Of a stretch of DNA of 17,897 nt, positions 6,647-14,372 are shown in pieces. Below the pieces are notes generated by a model. The model searched no databases and was not told where the DNA came from. It saw only the letters and a list, made by a program, of their open reading frames with translations. The translations under genes were made by a program, and so were the position numbers. This DNA is from Chlamydiota bacterium (GTDB lineage Bacteria; Auribacterota; Tritonobacteria; UBA1439): the NCBI GenBank assembly GCA_037133055.1, contig JBAXOY010000062.1:1-17897 (forward strand), read 5' to 3'. Position 1 is the stretch's first letter, and each line of letters opens with the position of its first letter.

Positions 6647-8164
6647 ATGCAGGGAATATACTGGGGCGGACTGTGGTGGGTGATATTTTTCTACGCGGTC
6701 GTATTCTGGGTGGGAGTCTATTACTCGAAAAGGCGGGACACAGGCACCACCGCCGACCTTCTCCTCGCCGGAAGGAACATGCCGCTCTGGCTCGCGTTGG
6801 TCACCATGACCGCGACATGGGTCTGCGGCGGGTACCTCAACGGCACCGCGGAAAATATTTACAAGAACGGAATCACGTGGGGGGCGCAGGGGGGGCTCTG
6901 CTATTCCATGAGCCTTATCATCGGAGGGCTGTTTTTCGCACGCATCATGAGGCGCCTCGAGTTCACCACCCTCCTTGACCCTTTTGAGAAACGCTTTGGC
7001 AAGGGAGCGGCGGCGGTCCTGTTTTTCCCCGCGCTTGCCGGCGAGATATTCTGGAGCGCGGCCATCCTCCTTGCCCTCGGGACGACGTTCGGGACGATCC
7101 TGAACGTGGGCCTGACCACGTCGATCATCATATCCTCGGGGGTGGTCATCGCGTACACGGTCGTCGGCGGGCTCTGGTCGGTGGCGTACACGGACGTCGT
7201 GCAGCTCGCCTTCATCTTCGTCGGCCTGATCGCCGCGATCCCGTTCGCGGTCGGCCACGTGGGGGGCTGGGCGGGAATGGTCGAACGCTACCACGCCATG
7301 GGCGGATCGTTCACCTCGTTCTTCCCCCCCGTCCGCAACCTTTCCCACAACCCGTCCTGGACGCTGCCCCAGGTGCTCAACTGGTGGGATTGGTCGTTCC
7401 TGCTCATGCTCGGCGGGATACCGTGGAACGTCTATTTCCAGAAAGTGCTCGCCGTTCCGAATGAGAAGATCGCGTCGAGGTTCTCGATCTACGCCGGGTT
7501 CCTGTGCGCGCTCGCGGCGGTGCCGCCGCTCATCATCGGCATCATCGGGAGCATCTTCCCGTGGAAGACGCTCAACCTCGGCATGGAGTACCCCGCGATG
7601 GTCCTCCCGTACGTGCTCCGCTACCTGACGCCCTACTGGGTCGGCGTGCTCGGCCTCGGCGCGGTCGCGGCGGCCGTGATGTCGTCGGTGGACTCCTCGT
7701 TCCTCTCGGCCTCGACGATGTTCACGTGGAACTGGTACTGGAGGATCATCAACCCGGGGTGCAGCGAGCGCTCGCTGCGGGTCGTGCTCAGGATCTCCAC
7801 CGTCGCCGTCGGCGTCGCCGCGACGGTGATCGCCCTGAAGATCAGGAGCGTGCAGGCGCTCTGGTACCTGTGCAGCGACTTCGTCTACGTCATCCTCTTT
7901 CCGCAGCTCGTGATGGCGCTCTTCTCGAAGAGCGCGAACCGGGCGGGCTCGATCGCGGGGCTCGCCGTCTCGTTCGTCCTCAGGTTCGGCGGGGGGGACC
8001 CTCTCCTCCACATCCCGCAGTTCATCCCCTATACGTGGTGGGACAAGAACGCGGGCACGCTTTTTCCATTCAAGACGATCGCGATGCTGGGCGGGCTCTT
8101 GACCATTTTCCTCGTCTCGAGGGCGACCGCCCGCCTCTGCCCCCCGCGGCCTCTCGAAGGCTAA
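6647..8164 (+). CDS. Sodium:solute symporter, CHT1/SLC5A7-like probable choline transporter
   Basis: About 13 TM segments; TMTATWVCGGYLNGTAE, GEIFW, YTVVGGLWSVAYTDVVQL, LMLGGIPW..YFQ.VL, AAVMSSVDSSFLSAS, LWYLCSDFVYVILFPQL closely follow recalled CHT1 motifs. Confidence 0.88.
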   Translation: MQGIYWGGLWWVIFFYAVVFWVGVYYSKRRDTGTTADLLLAGRNMPLWLALVTMTATWVCGGYLNGTAENIYKNGITWGAQGGLCYSMSLIIGGLFFARIMRRLEFTTLLDPFEKRFGKGAAAVLFFPALAGEIFWSAAILLALGTTFGTILNVGLTTSIIISSGVVIAYTVVGGLWSVAYTDVVQLAFIFVGLIAAIPFAVGHVGGWAGMVERYHAMGGSFTSFFPPVRNLSHNPSWTLPQVLNWWDWSFLLMLGGIPWNVYFQKVLAVPNEKIASRFSIYAGFLCALAAVPPLIIGIIGSIFPWKTLNLGMEYPAMVLPYVLRYLTPYWVGVLGLGAVAAAVMSSVDSSFLSASTMFTWNWYWRIINPGCSERSLRVVLRISTVAVGVAATVIALKIRSVQALWYLCSDFVYVILFPQLVMALFSKSANRAGSIAGLAVSFVLRFGGGDPLLHIPQFIPYTWWDKNAGTLFPFKTIAMLGGLLTIFLVSRATARLCPPRPLEG

Positions 8165-8165
8165 G

Positions 8166-8335
8166 TGGGGTCAGGCCTTAACTATTAACTACGCTATCCA
8201 TCGCCGGAAATGGTCATGCCCGGTATGACAATCCGGCCTCTCGCAGGGCTCGTCGTAGTTGATAGTGCGTGTCTCGTGTCTGACCGCGACGATGTGGCCG
8301 GCGAGGGTGTAGTTAATAGTTAAGGTCTGACCCCA
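8166..8335. mobile_element. 170-bp MITE/REPIN-like element with 27-bp terminal inverted repeats
   Basis: TGGGGTCAGGCCTTAACTATTAACTAC (8166-8192) vs GTAGTTAATAGTTAAGGTCTGACCCCA (8309-8335), 26/27 complementary; no convincing coding capacity. Confidence 0.65.
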
Positions 8336-9033
8336 GAACGGGCGGAGATCCCGCCTCCGCGGAGATTGATCCAGAACGAGGCGAGGAAGTAGTAGCAGGG
8401 ATAGGCGAGGGAGAGGCGGACGAGAAGGGGGTCGGCCCGTTTCGCGGTGAAGACCAGCCAGAGGATCAGCGCCGCCCAGGCCATGGTCAGGGGCGCGGTG
8501 AATGCCCGCAGAGGTTTCGTCTTCAACGGGTCGATATACTTGATGGGGACGAAGACCATCAGGGAGAATCCGAGGACGACCGCGAGGTTGAACGCCCTCC
8601 CGCAGTGGAGCAGGAACAGGTAGAAGACCACGAAGTTCCAGTAGCTGGGGAACCCCGTGAAAAAACCGTCGTCCGTCTTCGCGCGCTCCTGGCAGAACCC
8701 GTAGGCGCTCGCAACGATGGGGATGAGCGCCCAGGCCCACTGCCGTTCGGGGAGCATCTCCGCGAAGGCGAGGATGAACGCGGGGACGAGGACGAAGTTG
8801 AGGAAGTCGACGAGGTCGTCGAGCCTCCTCCCGTTGAACTCCGGGAGGACCCGGGCGGTGCGGAAGCGGCGGGCGAGCGGGCCGTCGGTGGCGTCGATGA
8901 TCGTGGAGAGCGCGAGGAGGAGGAACGCCTGGCGCGGGCTCTCGTCGAGCCATGCCCGCACGGCGAAGAAGCCGGTCGCGAGGCCGAGCGCAGTGTAGGC
9001 CTGGACGCCCCAGGCGATCAGTTTCGGGTTCAT
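8320..9033 (-). CDS. pcs: Phosphatidylcholine synthase (CDP-alcohol phosphatidyltransferase family)
   Basis: AWGVQAYTALG N-terminus, D-x-x-D-G-x-x-A-R...G-x-x-L-D-x-x-x-D motif, ASAYGFC..KT.DGFFTGFPSYWN, VFVPIKY; Pcs-type rather than PgsA/PssA-type. Confidence 0.82.
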   Translation of the reverse strand: MNPKLIAWGVQAYTALGLATGFFAVRAWLDESPRQAFLLLALSTIIDATDGPLARRFRTARVLPEFNGRRLDDLVDFLNFVLVPAFILAFAEMLPERQWAWALIPIVASAYGFCQERAKTDDGFFTGFPSYWNFVVFYLFLLHCGRAFNLAVVLGFSLMVFVPIKYIDPLKTKPLRAFTAPLTMAWAALILWLVFTAKRADPLLVRLSLAYPCYYFLASFWINLRGGGISARSGVRP

Positions 9034-9040
9034 CGCGGGC

Positions 9041-9049
9041 ACTATACCA
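9041..9049 (-). promoter_or_regulatory. Extended -10 (TGnTATAGT) for a leaderless pcs transcript
   Basis: TGGTATAGT on the minus strand, 7 nt before ATG 9033, with no SD. Confidence 0.55.
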
Positions 9050-9053
9050 AACG

Positions 9054-9191
9054 AAATCCCAAATCCCAAATCCCAAATCCCAACAAAAGATATGCGCTAT
9101 CGGGTTCTCACCACGAAATAAATGCACCGGCGTCACGTTTTTAGCCTGCGCGGGTGTCAACATTTTCCCCTTGTTTTGGGATTTGGGATTT
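9054..9191. repeat. Inverted pair of heptamer arrays: (AAATCCC)x4 at 9054-9081 and (GGGATTT)x2 at 9178-9191
   Basis: Exact heptamer copies read directly; the two arrays are mutually complementary. Confidence 0.85.
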
Positions 9192-9209
9192 TGTCCGGGC
9201 GGTGGCTCA

Positions 9210-9238
9210 TTGAAGTGCCCTCCGGGCTGTCGTATAAT
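9210..9238 (+). promoter_or_regulatory. sigma70 promoter of trxB (TTGAAG-17-TATAAT)
   Basis: Perfect -10 with a 17-nt spacer; 11 nt to ATG 9250. Confidence 0.75.
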
Positions 9239-9249
9239 GGAAGGCGTCC

Positions 9250-10176
9250 ATGACCGACCATCTGCACGACTTGATCATCATCGGCGGGGGCCCCGCGGGG
9301 CTTGCCGCGGGAATCTACGCGGCGAGGGACGGGCTCGACTGCATCCTCCTCGAAAGCCGTACCCCCGGCGGACAGCTCGCGAATACTGCGGGAATCGCCA
9401 ACTACCCGGGGTTCCCGGGAGAGGTCTCCGGTTTCGAACTCGCCGAAAAGATGCGGGAGCAGGCGGTCGCCTTCGGACTGAAGATCGAGGAGGGAGAGGC
9501 GCGCGGCCTCGCCCGCGACGGCGCGCGGATCAGGGTCGAGTGCGCCGCCGGCGCGCACGAGGCGCGGGCGGTCGTCGTCGCCACCGGCGCGACCCGGAGA
9601 AGGCTGGGCGTGCCGGGCGAGGACCGGCTCGGCGGGCGCGGGGTCTCCTACTGCGGGACCTGCGACGGCCCCCTGTTTCGGGACATGCGCGTCGTGGTGG
9701 CGGGCGGGGGGGACACGGCGGTCGAGGAGGCGGTCTTCATCGCGCGCTTCGCGTCGAGGGTGACGATCGTCCACCGGAGAGACCGGCTCCGGGCGAGCCC
9801 GGGGCTGCAGCGCCGGGTATTCGCCGAGAAGAAGATCGATTTCTGCTGGGGCTCGGTTATCCGCGAGATACGGGGGGAGGGACGGGTGTCCGGCGTCCTG
9901 GTCGGGGATGCGCGCGGCGGCGGCGTCCGAGAGATCCCCTGCGAGGGGGTGTTCATATTCGTCGGGAGCACGCCCAACACCGCGTTCCTGAAGGGGGCGC
10001 TCGCGCTCGACGAGGCAGGCTGCGTGGTCGCCGATATCACGATGGCGACCTCGCTGCCCGGGGTGTTTGCCGCGGGCGACGCGCGCCGGGACTCGGTGCG
10101 GCAGATCGCCGCCGCGGTCGGCGACGGGGTCACGGCCGTCATACAGGCGGAGCGCTATCTCGGCGCCCGCGGCTGA
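9250..10176 (+). CDS. trxB: Thioredoxin-disulfide reductase
   Basis: IIGGGPAGLAA, NYPGF, ATGA, GRGVSYCGTCDG (CxxC), GGGDTAVEEA, HRRD, TSLPGVFAAGD, RQIAAAVGDG. Confidence 0.95.
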   Translation: MTDHLHDLIIIGGGPAGLAAGIYAARDGLDCILLESRTPGGQLANTAGIANYPGFPGEVSGFELAEKMREQAVAFGLKIEEGEARGLARDGARIRVECAAGAHEARAVVVATGATRRRLGVPGEDRLGGRGVSYCGTCDGPLFRDMRVVVAGGGDTAVEEAVFIARFASRVTIVHRRDRLRASPGLQRRVFAEKKIDFCWGSVIREIRGEGRVSGVLVGDARGGGVREIPCEGVFIFVGSTPNTAFLKGALALDEAGCVVADITMATSLPGVFAAGDARRDSVRQIAAAVGDGVTAVIQAERYLGARG

Positions 10177-10298
10177 GGAGCGGTGGTTTCACCCCCCACC
10201 CCGACCCTAAGGGGGAAGGGGGATACTGTGCGGGCCCCCCCAAGAGTGACCCAGTACGTAAGGTGATGGATTATGCTGGCGCACGCGCCTCCGGGATG

Positions 10299-10307
10299 TG
10301 CTATAGT
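10299..10307 (+). promoter_or_regulatory. Extended -10 (TGnTATAGT) upstream of the comEA-like gene
   Basis: TGCTATAGT about 60 nt upstream of the GAGGAGGA RBS and ATG 10369. Confidence 0.5.
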
Positions 10308-10368
10308 GTTTTGTCGTTGTATGAGCGTGGCGTGCTGATCCGGTTGCGAGGTCGAGAGGAGGACGGGC

Positions 10369-10869
10369 ATGAAGAGTGGAGTGGTATGCGCGTGCGCGTT
10401 GTGCATCCTCGCCGTGTGCGGGGTGCTGCTGCCGGCGGGCCCCGTGAATGCGTCGCCGGCGCGGGCGGATGTCGCGCTGCTCGGGGACAATGGGTTTTCG
10501 GCCCCGATCATCGGCAGCGGATCCGCGATGGATACCGCGCCCATGATGCTCGCAAAAAAGAAAAGCAAGAAGAAGAAGAAGAAGGGCGACGATGACGTTG
10601 CGGGCGACAAAAGCGGCGCGGTGCGCGTCGATCCCAACACCGCGAAGCTGAGCGAACTGAAGGTGCTCCCCCTCGTCGACGAGCAGACCGCGCAGGCAAT
10701 CATCGCCCATCGCCCCTACAAATCCGCCGAGGACCTCATCAACGTCCCCGAGGTGGGGCCGAGCAAGTACCGGATATTCAAGCACCTCATCGAGATCAAA
10801 CAGCCCGAGGTGACGTTGGCCGAGGTATCGACGGCGACGGGAGCGGAAGTGATCGAGAATGCGCCCTGA
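10369..10869 (+). CDS. ComEA-family helix-hairpin-helix DNA-binding protein
   Basis: Signal/TM segment, poly-Lys linker, VDPNTA...EL..LP.V....AQAII..RPYKS.EDL..VP.VGP tandem HhH domain. Confidence 0.85.
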   Translation: MKSGVVCACALCILAVCGVLLPAGPVNASPARADVALLGDNGFSAPIIGSGSAMDTAPMMLAKKKSKKKKKKGDDDVAGDKSGAVRVDPNTAKLSELKVLPLVDEQTAQAIIAHRPYKSAEDLINVPEVGPSKYRIFKHLIEIKQPEVTLAEVSTATGAEVIENAP

Positions 10870-10884
10870 GGTTCTCCCTCAGGG
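10864..10884. terminator. Hairpin between the convergent comEA-like and LysM genes
   Basis: CCCTGAGG-TTCTC-CCTCAGGG, an 8-bp stem overlapping the stop codon; no U tract. Confidence 0.4.
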
Positions 10885-10920
10885 GTGGGCGCCCGCGGGG
10901 TCTCGTACACACGCGCGCAT

Positions 10921-11532
10921 TCAACGGGCGGGCCGGGGGATTTTGAGCTTCCGGCCCGCCTGAATCATATCCGGGTCCGTGATCCCGTTCGCCTGCATGA
11001 TCTCCCGCGCACGCACGCCGTGGTTCCGCGCAATGTCGGCGAGCGTGTCCCCCGGGCGGACCGTGTACTCTCCGCCCGCAGGCGACGCGCCTTCCCGGAT
11101 GCCCGACAGCGCCCCCCGGAGTTGCGCGTTCTCCGTCTTCACCACTTCGATGACCGCCTGCATCTTCCTGTCCGCCGTCGTCCGCTCCGCCACCGCCTCC
11201 TTCTCGATCGCCGCGAGCCGCCCCTCCAGCGCGTCAAGCCGCTCGCCGAGGCGGGCGGCGCGCTCCTGGAGCGGGCGGGCGAAGGCGTCGTCCGAGTAGC
11301 GGTGCTCAAGCTCCTCCTGGGATGCCCGGAGCGCGCGGAGGTCCTGCTGCAGGTTCTTCAGTTCCTCGGAGAGCGAGGCCTGCCGGGCAATGAGCGCGGT
11401 CTGCGGCGACGCCGCGCCGCCGCCCCCGAGTTCCGCGCAGCCGCAGAGCGCCGCGCAGAACGCGATGACCGCCGCGCTCGAAACGCGCCGAGATCCATTG
11501 CTCGGACAGGCTCCCCGATGCGGTGCGCGCAT
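10921..11532 (-). CDS. LysM-domain lipoprotein with N-terminal coiled coil
   Basis: Lipobox-like LCGC, long heptad-rich region, C-terminal YTVRPGDTLADIARNHGV....IMQANGI.DPD.IQAGRKLKIP LysM; start uncertain. Confidence 0.88.
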   Translation of the reverse strand: MRAPHRGACPSNGSRRVSSAAVIAFCAALCGCAELGGGGAASPQTALIARQASLSEELKNLQQDLRALRASQEELEHRYSDDAFARPLQERAARLGERLDALEGRLAAIEKEAVAERTTADRKMQAVIEVVKTENAQLRGALSGIREGASPAGGEYTVRPGDTLADIARNHGVRAREIMQANGITDPDMIQAGRKLKIPRPAR

Positions 11533-11556
11533 GACAGCCCTTCGGGAAAACGCACA

Positions 11557-11588
11557 GCAAAAGGCCCGGGCGGTGAAGCCCGGGCCTT
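11557..11588 (-). terminator. Intrinsic terminator/attenuator downstream of pal
   Basis: AAGGCCCGGGC-6 nt-GCCCGGGCCTT stem, ending in TTTT on the minus strand. Confidence 0.65.
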
Positions 11589-11612
11589 CGCGCGATCCGA
11601 CTGTGGCGCCGC

Positions 11613-12173
11613 TCAGGCCTTCGGCGCCTGCTGCGTGAGGCCGAGGAGGAAATGCCCGCGGCGATTTTTCGCCCAGCACGTCTCCTTCTGCTCCGTGCAA
11701 AGGGGGCGCTCCTCGCCGTAGCTGATCGTGTAGATGCGCTCGGGCGCGATGCCGAGGTTGGCGAGGTAGCTGCGGATGCTCAACGCGCGGCGCTCGCCGA
11801 GCGCCAGGTTATACTCGTTCGAGCCGCGGTCGTCGCAGTGTCCCTCGACCTTGATCGTCAGCGTGGGATGCTCCTTCATGTAGCCCGCGATCCCCTCGAT
11901 GATCGGGCGCTCGCTCCCCCGGATGTCGGATTTGTTGTAGTCGAAATGCACGTCGACGAAGATCTCCCTGGCCGCGGGATCGGGATAATTCTCCGGCTCC
12001 GCGAACGGCCCCTCGGGGTTCTCGGTCAGCGGAATGCCGCCCGGCCCCACCCCCTCGTCGCCGAACATGCCCTTGCCGGGCGCGGGTATGGTGACCTTCG
12101 CCTTCGGGGTACAGCCCGCGACGGCGACGACCATCGCGGCCGCTATGGCGGAAAACAGCAACCACTTCTTCAT
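11613..12173 (-). CDS. pal: Peptidoglycan-associated lipoprotein Pal (OmpA_C domain)
   Basis: Lipobox VAGC; VHFDYNKSDI, VEGHCDDRGSNEYNLALGERRA, TISYGEERP, WAKNRR. Confidence 0.95.
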   Translation of the reverse strand: MKKWLLFSAIAAAMVVAVAGCTPKAKVTIPAPGKGMFGDEGVGPGGIPLTENPEGPFAEPENYPDPAAREIFVDVHFDYNKSDIRGSERPIIEGIAGYMKEHPTLTIKVEGHCDDRGSNEYNLALGERRALSIRSYLANLGIAPERIYTISYGEERPLCTEQKETCWAKNRRGHFLLGLTQQAPKA

Positions 12174-12227
12174 CCTCAACCCTCCCTCACTGTAGGTGGT
12201 GTGATCATCCCTCACGTTACGCGGCAC

Positions 12228-12256
12228 ATACTACACCAAATCGCAAAGCCCCTCAA
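12228..12256 (-). promoter_or_regulatory. Putative pal promoter (TTGAGG-17-TAGTAT)
   Basis: Read on the minus strand in the intergenic gap upstream of pal. Confidence 0.4.
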
Positions 12257-12276
12257 GCATTTTCGTCTGCACTCCT

Positions 12277-13338
12277 TTAGTACTTGTAGGTGCTGCCCCC
12301 GATGAACTCCCTGAGCAGCGACGTCCCCGGCACGCACGAGTCGTCCTCCCTGACCTCGATCTCGTCGAGCATCTTCTGGACGCGCATCGCCCGGAGGAAC
12401 GCGTCCTGGCGCTTCGGATTGCCCCTGTACTCCTCGATCGCCTTCGCGAAGTACGGGAACATGAACTTCTTGTGGATCGGGAGTTCGAACGGAAGCGAGC
12501 CGTTCAGCACGAAGTCCACGCTCGTGATGAAGGGGACGATGTGGCGCATCTCGCTCCTCCGGACGTAGTGCCAGTGGCCGATCGTCCTCACGGGGTCGTA
12601 GCTCCGGTGCCAGGAGTCGCGCACCATCCGCCGCAGCAGGCGGGTGTCGGTCCAGCGGATCCAGTTTCCCTCGTTGTCCTTGATCTGGGTCAGGGTCTCG
12701 ATGTACAGCCTGAACTTCAATTCCCGCGGCACGCTGCGGGTCATCTTCTCGTAGAGCCCGTGCAGGCTGTCGATGAGGAGGACCTGGTTTTTCTCCAGCC
12801 GGAGCGGGTCGGTCTCGGCCTCGCGCTTTCCCGTCTTGAAGTTGTAGCGGGGGATCTGGACGGTCTTGTAGTCGATGAGGGCGGCGAGGTGATCGTTGAT
12901 GAGCTGCAGGTCCAGCGCCTCGGGGACCTCGAAGTCGTAGTCCCCGAACTCGTCCTTCGGGTGCATCTCGAGGTTGAAGAAGTAGTTGTCCAGGTTGATG
13001 GGGACGATGCTCATCCCCGCCTGCTTGAGGCGCTCGTTCAGTTTGATCGTCGTGGTGGTCTTGCCCGAGGACGACGGGCCCGCGATGATGGCGATCCGCA
13101 CCCTGTCCCGGTGCGCGATGATCTCATCGGCGGCCCGCGTGACGTTTCCGTGGTATTGCTCGTCCCCCTCCCGCACGAGGTCCGGGAAGGACCCGTCGAG
13201 GACCCTCCTGTTCAAGCCCGCGACGGTGTCGACCCCGTGGGCGATGTTCCAGTCCAGGACGTTCTGGATGACCACCCTTGGGATACTCTGCCTTTCGCAG
13301 CGTTCGAGGCCGTTATTGTCAGGGGCGATACCCTTCAT
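12277..13338 (-). CDS. Uridine kinase/phosphoribulokinase-like P-loop kinase
   Basis: IAGPSSSGKTT Walker A, LDNYF, YDFEVPEALD, PRYNFKTGKR, RLLRRMVRD; GAGGAG RBS before ATG 13338. Confidence 0.8.
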   Translation of the reverse strand: MKGIAPDNNGLERCERQSIPRVVIQNVLDWNIAHGVDTVAGLNRRVLDGSFPDLVREGDEQYHGNVTRAADEIIAHRDRVRIAIIAGPSSSGKTTTTIKLNERLKQAGMSIVPINLDNYFFNLEMHPKDEFGDYDFEVPEALDLQLINDHLAALIDYKTVQIPRYNFKTGKREAETDPLRLEKNQVLLIDSLHGLYEKMTRSVPRELKFRLYIETLTQIKDNEGNWIRWTDTRLLRRMVRDSWHRSYDPVRTIGHWHYVRRSEMRHIVPFITSVDFVLNGSLPFELPIHKKFMFPYFAKAIEEYRGNPKRQDAFLRAMRVQKMLDEIEVREDDSCVPGTSLLREFIGGSTYKY

Positions 13339-13417
13339 TGCAGCATTCTCCTCGGCCGGGGTTTTCCCGGGTGGCCGGGCGGGGCCCGGCATCAGCCCGG
13401 ACAGCCATGTGGGGAAT

Positions 13418-13445
13418 AGTGTAGCCGTGCCCTCTTGTTTGTCAA
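13418..13445 (-). promoter_or_regulatory. sigma70 promoter (TTGACA-16-TACACT)
   Basis: Perfect -35 on the minus strand upstream of the kinase gene. Confidence 0.65.
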
Positions 13446-13497
13446 TAGGTTTTTCGGGGCGGAGCGGGGCGGGGAGTCCGGACAGACCCCTCCGGCC

Positions 13498-14238
13498 TCA
13501 GGGTTTTTCAGTCGCCCATATTCCAAGGCCGAGATTCTTCGCGTACCGCTGGAGGGAATCGAAAGCCTCCCGGTACCGGTGGACGGCGGGGAGGGGGGCG
13601 GCGCGCGCCCATCCCCGCTCGATCATCTCGCCGTTTAAAAGTTTGCCATCGGAGACGACGTAGGCCTGCGGCTGCCCCCGGTTCTCGGGGCTCTGGGGGC
13701 CCGGGAAGAGGAATACATCCCGGCCCTTCACCTGTTCGGAGAGATAGCGCGCCGCCTTGCGCGTGAGCGCTTTGTCCGCCGATTCGGGAGGGGGCGCAAG
13801 GCCGAGGAGGCGCACCGCGCCTCCGCCCTTCAGATCGAGGGTGACGGCGTCGCGCGCCCCCGTGCAGGTGACGCGTATGGGATTTTTCTTCGGCACTTCG
13901 AGACAGGGTATCGGGGCGGCCTTCCTCCCCCTGGGAAGCAGCATCCTGGCGAGGGGGAAGAAGCCGGACTGGCCCTTGGCCCGGGGCGCCGTCCCGCGGG
14001 GCATCAGGTAGTAGAGCATCCCGTCCCCGGTGGTGATCCGCGACACCTCGTCGTAGGGGTAATAGCGGCCGGGGGACGTTTCCTTCTCGCGGAGGAGCAC
14101 GCCCTTGTCGTAGGTGATGACGATCTGTCCTTCGATCTTCTTCCCGTTCTTGAGGAGCACGATTTCTGCGCGGAGGGAAGGGGCGGCGAGGATCGCCAGT
14201 GGGACCAGGAGGCACAACGCCGGTGTGCGGGCTTTCAT
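13498..14238 (-). CDS. Exported thermonuclease (SNase)-like protein with degenerate active site
   Basis: Signal peptide; N-terminal IVLLKNGKKIEGQI module; C-terminal VRLLGL, AYV...LLNGEMIERGWA, AKNLGLGIW SNase pattern. Confidence 0.75.
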   Translation of the reverse strand: MKARTPALCLLVPLAILAAPSLRAEIVLLKNGKKIEGQIVITYDKGVLLREKETSPGRYYPYDEVSRITTGDGMLYYLMPRGTAPRAKGQSGFFPLARMLLPRGRKAAPIPCLEVPKKNPIRVTCTGARDAVTLDLKGGGAVRLLGLAPPPESADKALTRKAARYLSEQVKGRDVFLFPGPQSPENRGQPQAYVVSDGKLLNGEMIERGWARAAPLPAVHRYREAFDSLQRYAKNLGLGIWATEKP

Positions 14239-14248
14239 GCGCGGCACA

Positions 14249-14331
14249 AGTATACCCCAGCCGGTTGGCGGCGTCCAGCCCCCCCCGGCCCCCCGATTCC
14301 GATTGCCCTTTCGTTCCCGGACGATTAGACT
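14249..14331. promoter_or_regulatory. Divergent promoter pair
   Basis: Minus: TGGACG-17-TATACT (-10 at 14254-14249). Plus: TTGCCC (14303-14308)-17-TAGACT (14326-14331). Confidence 0.5.
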
Positions 14332-14372
14332 ATGGCCCTGCATGCGGTGCGGATCCCCGGGGGGAAGGCGCG

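Noticed and set aside
8166..9191. CRISPR array
   Set aside because: Repeats are inverted or short tandem units without regular unique spacers; no cas genes
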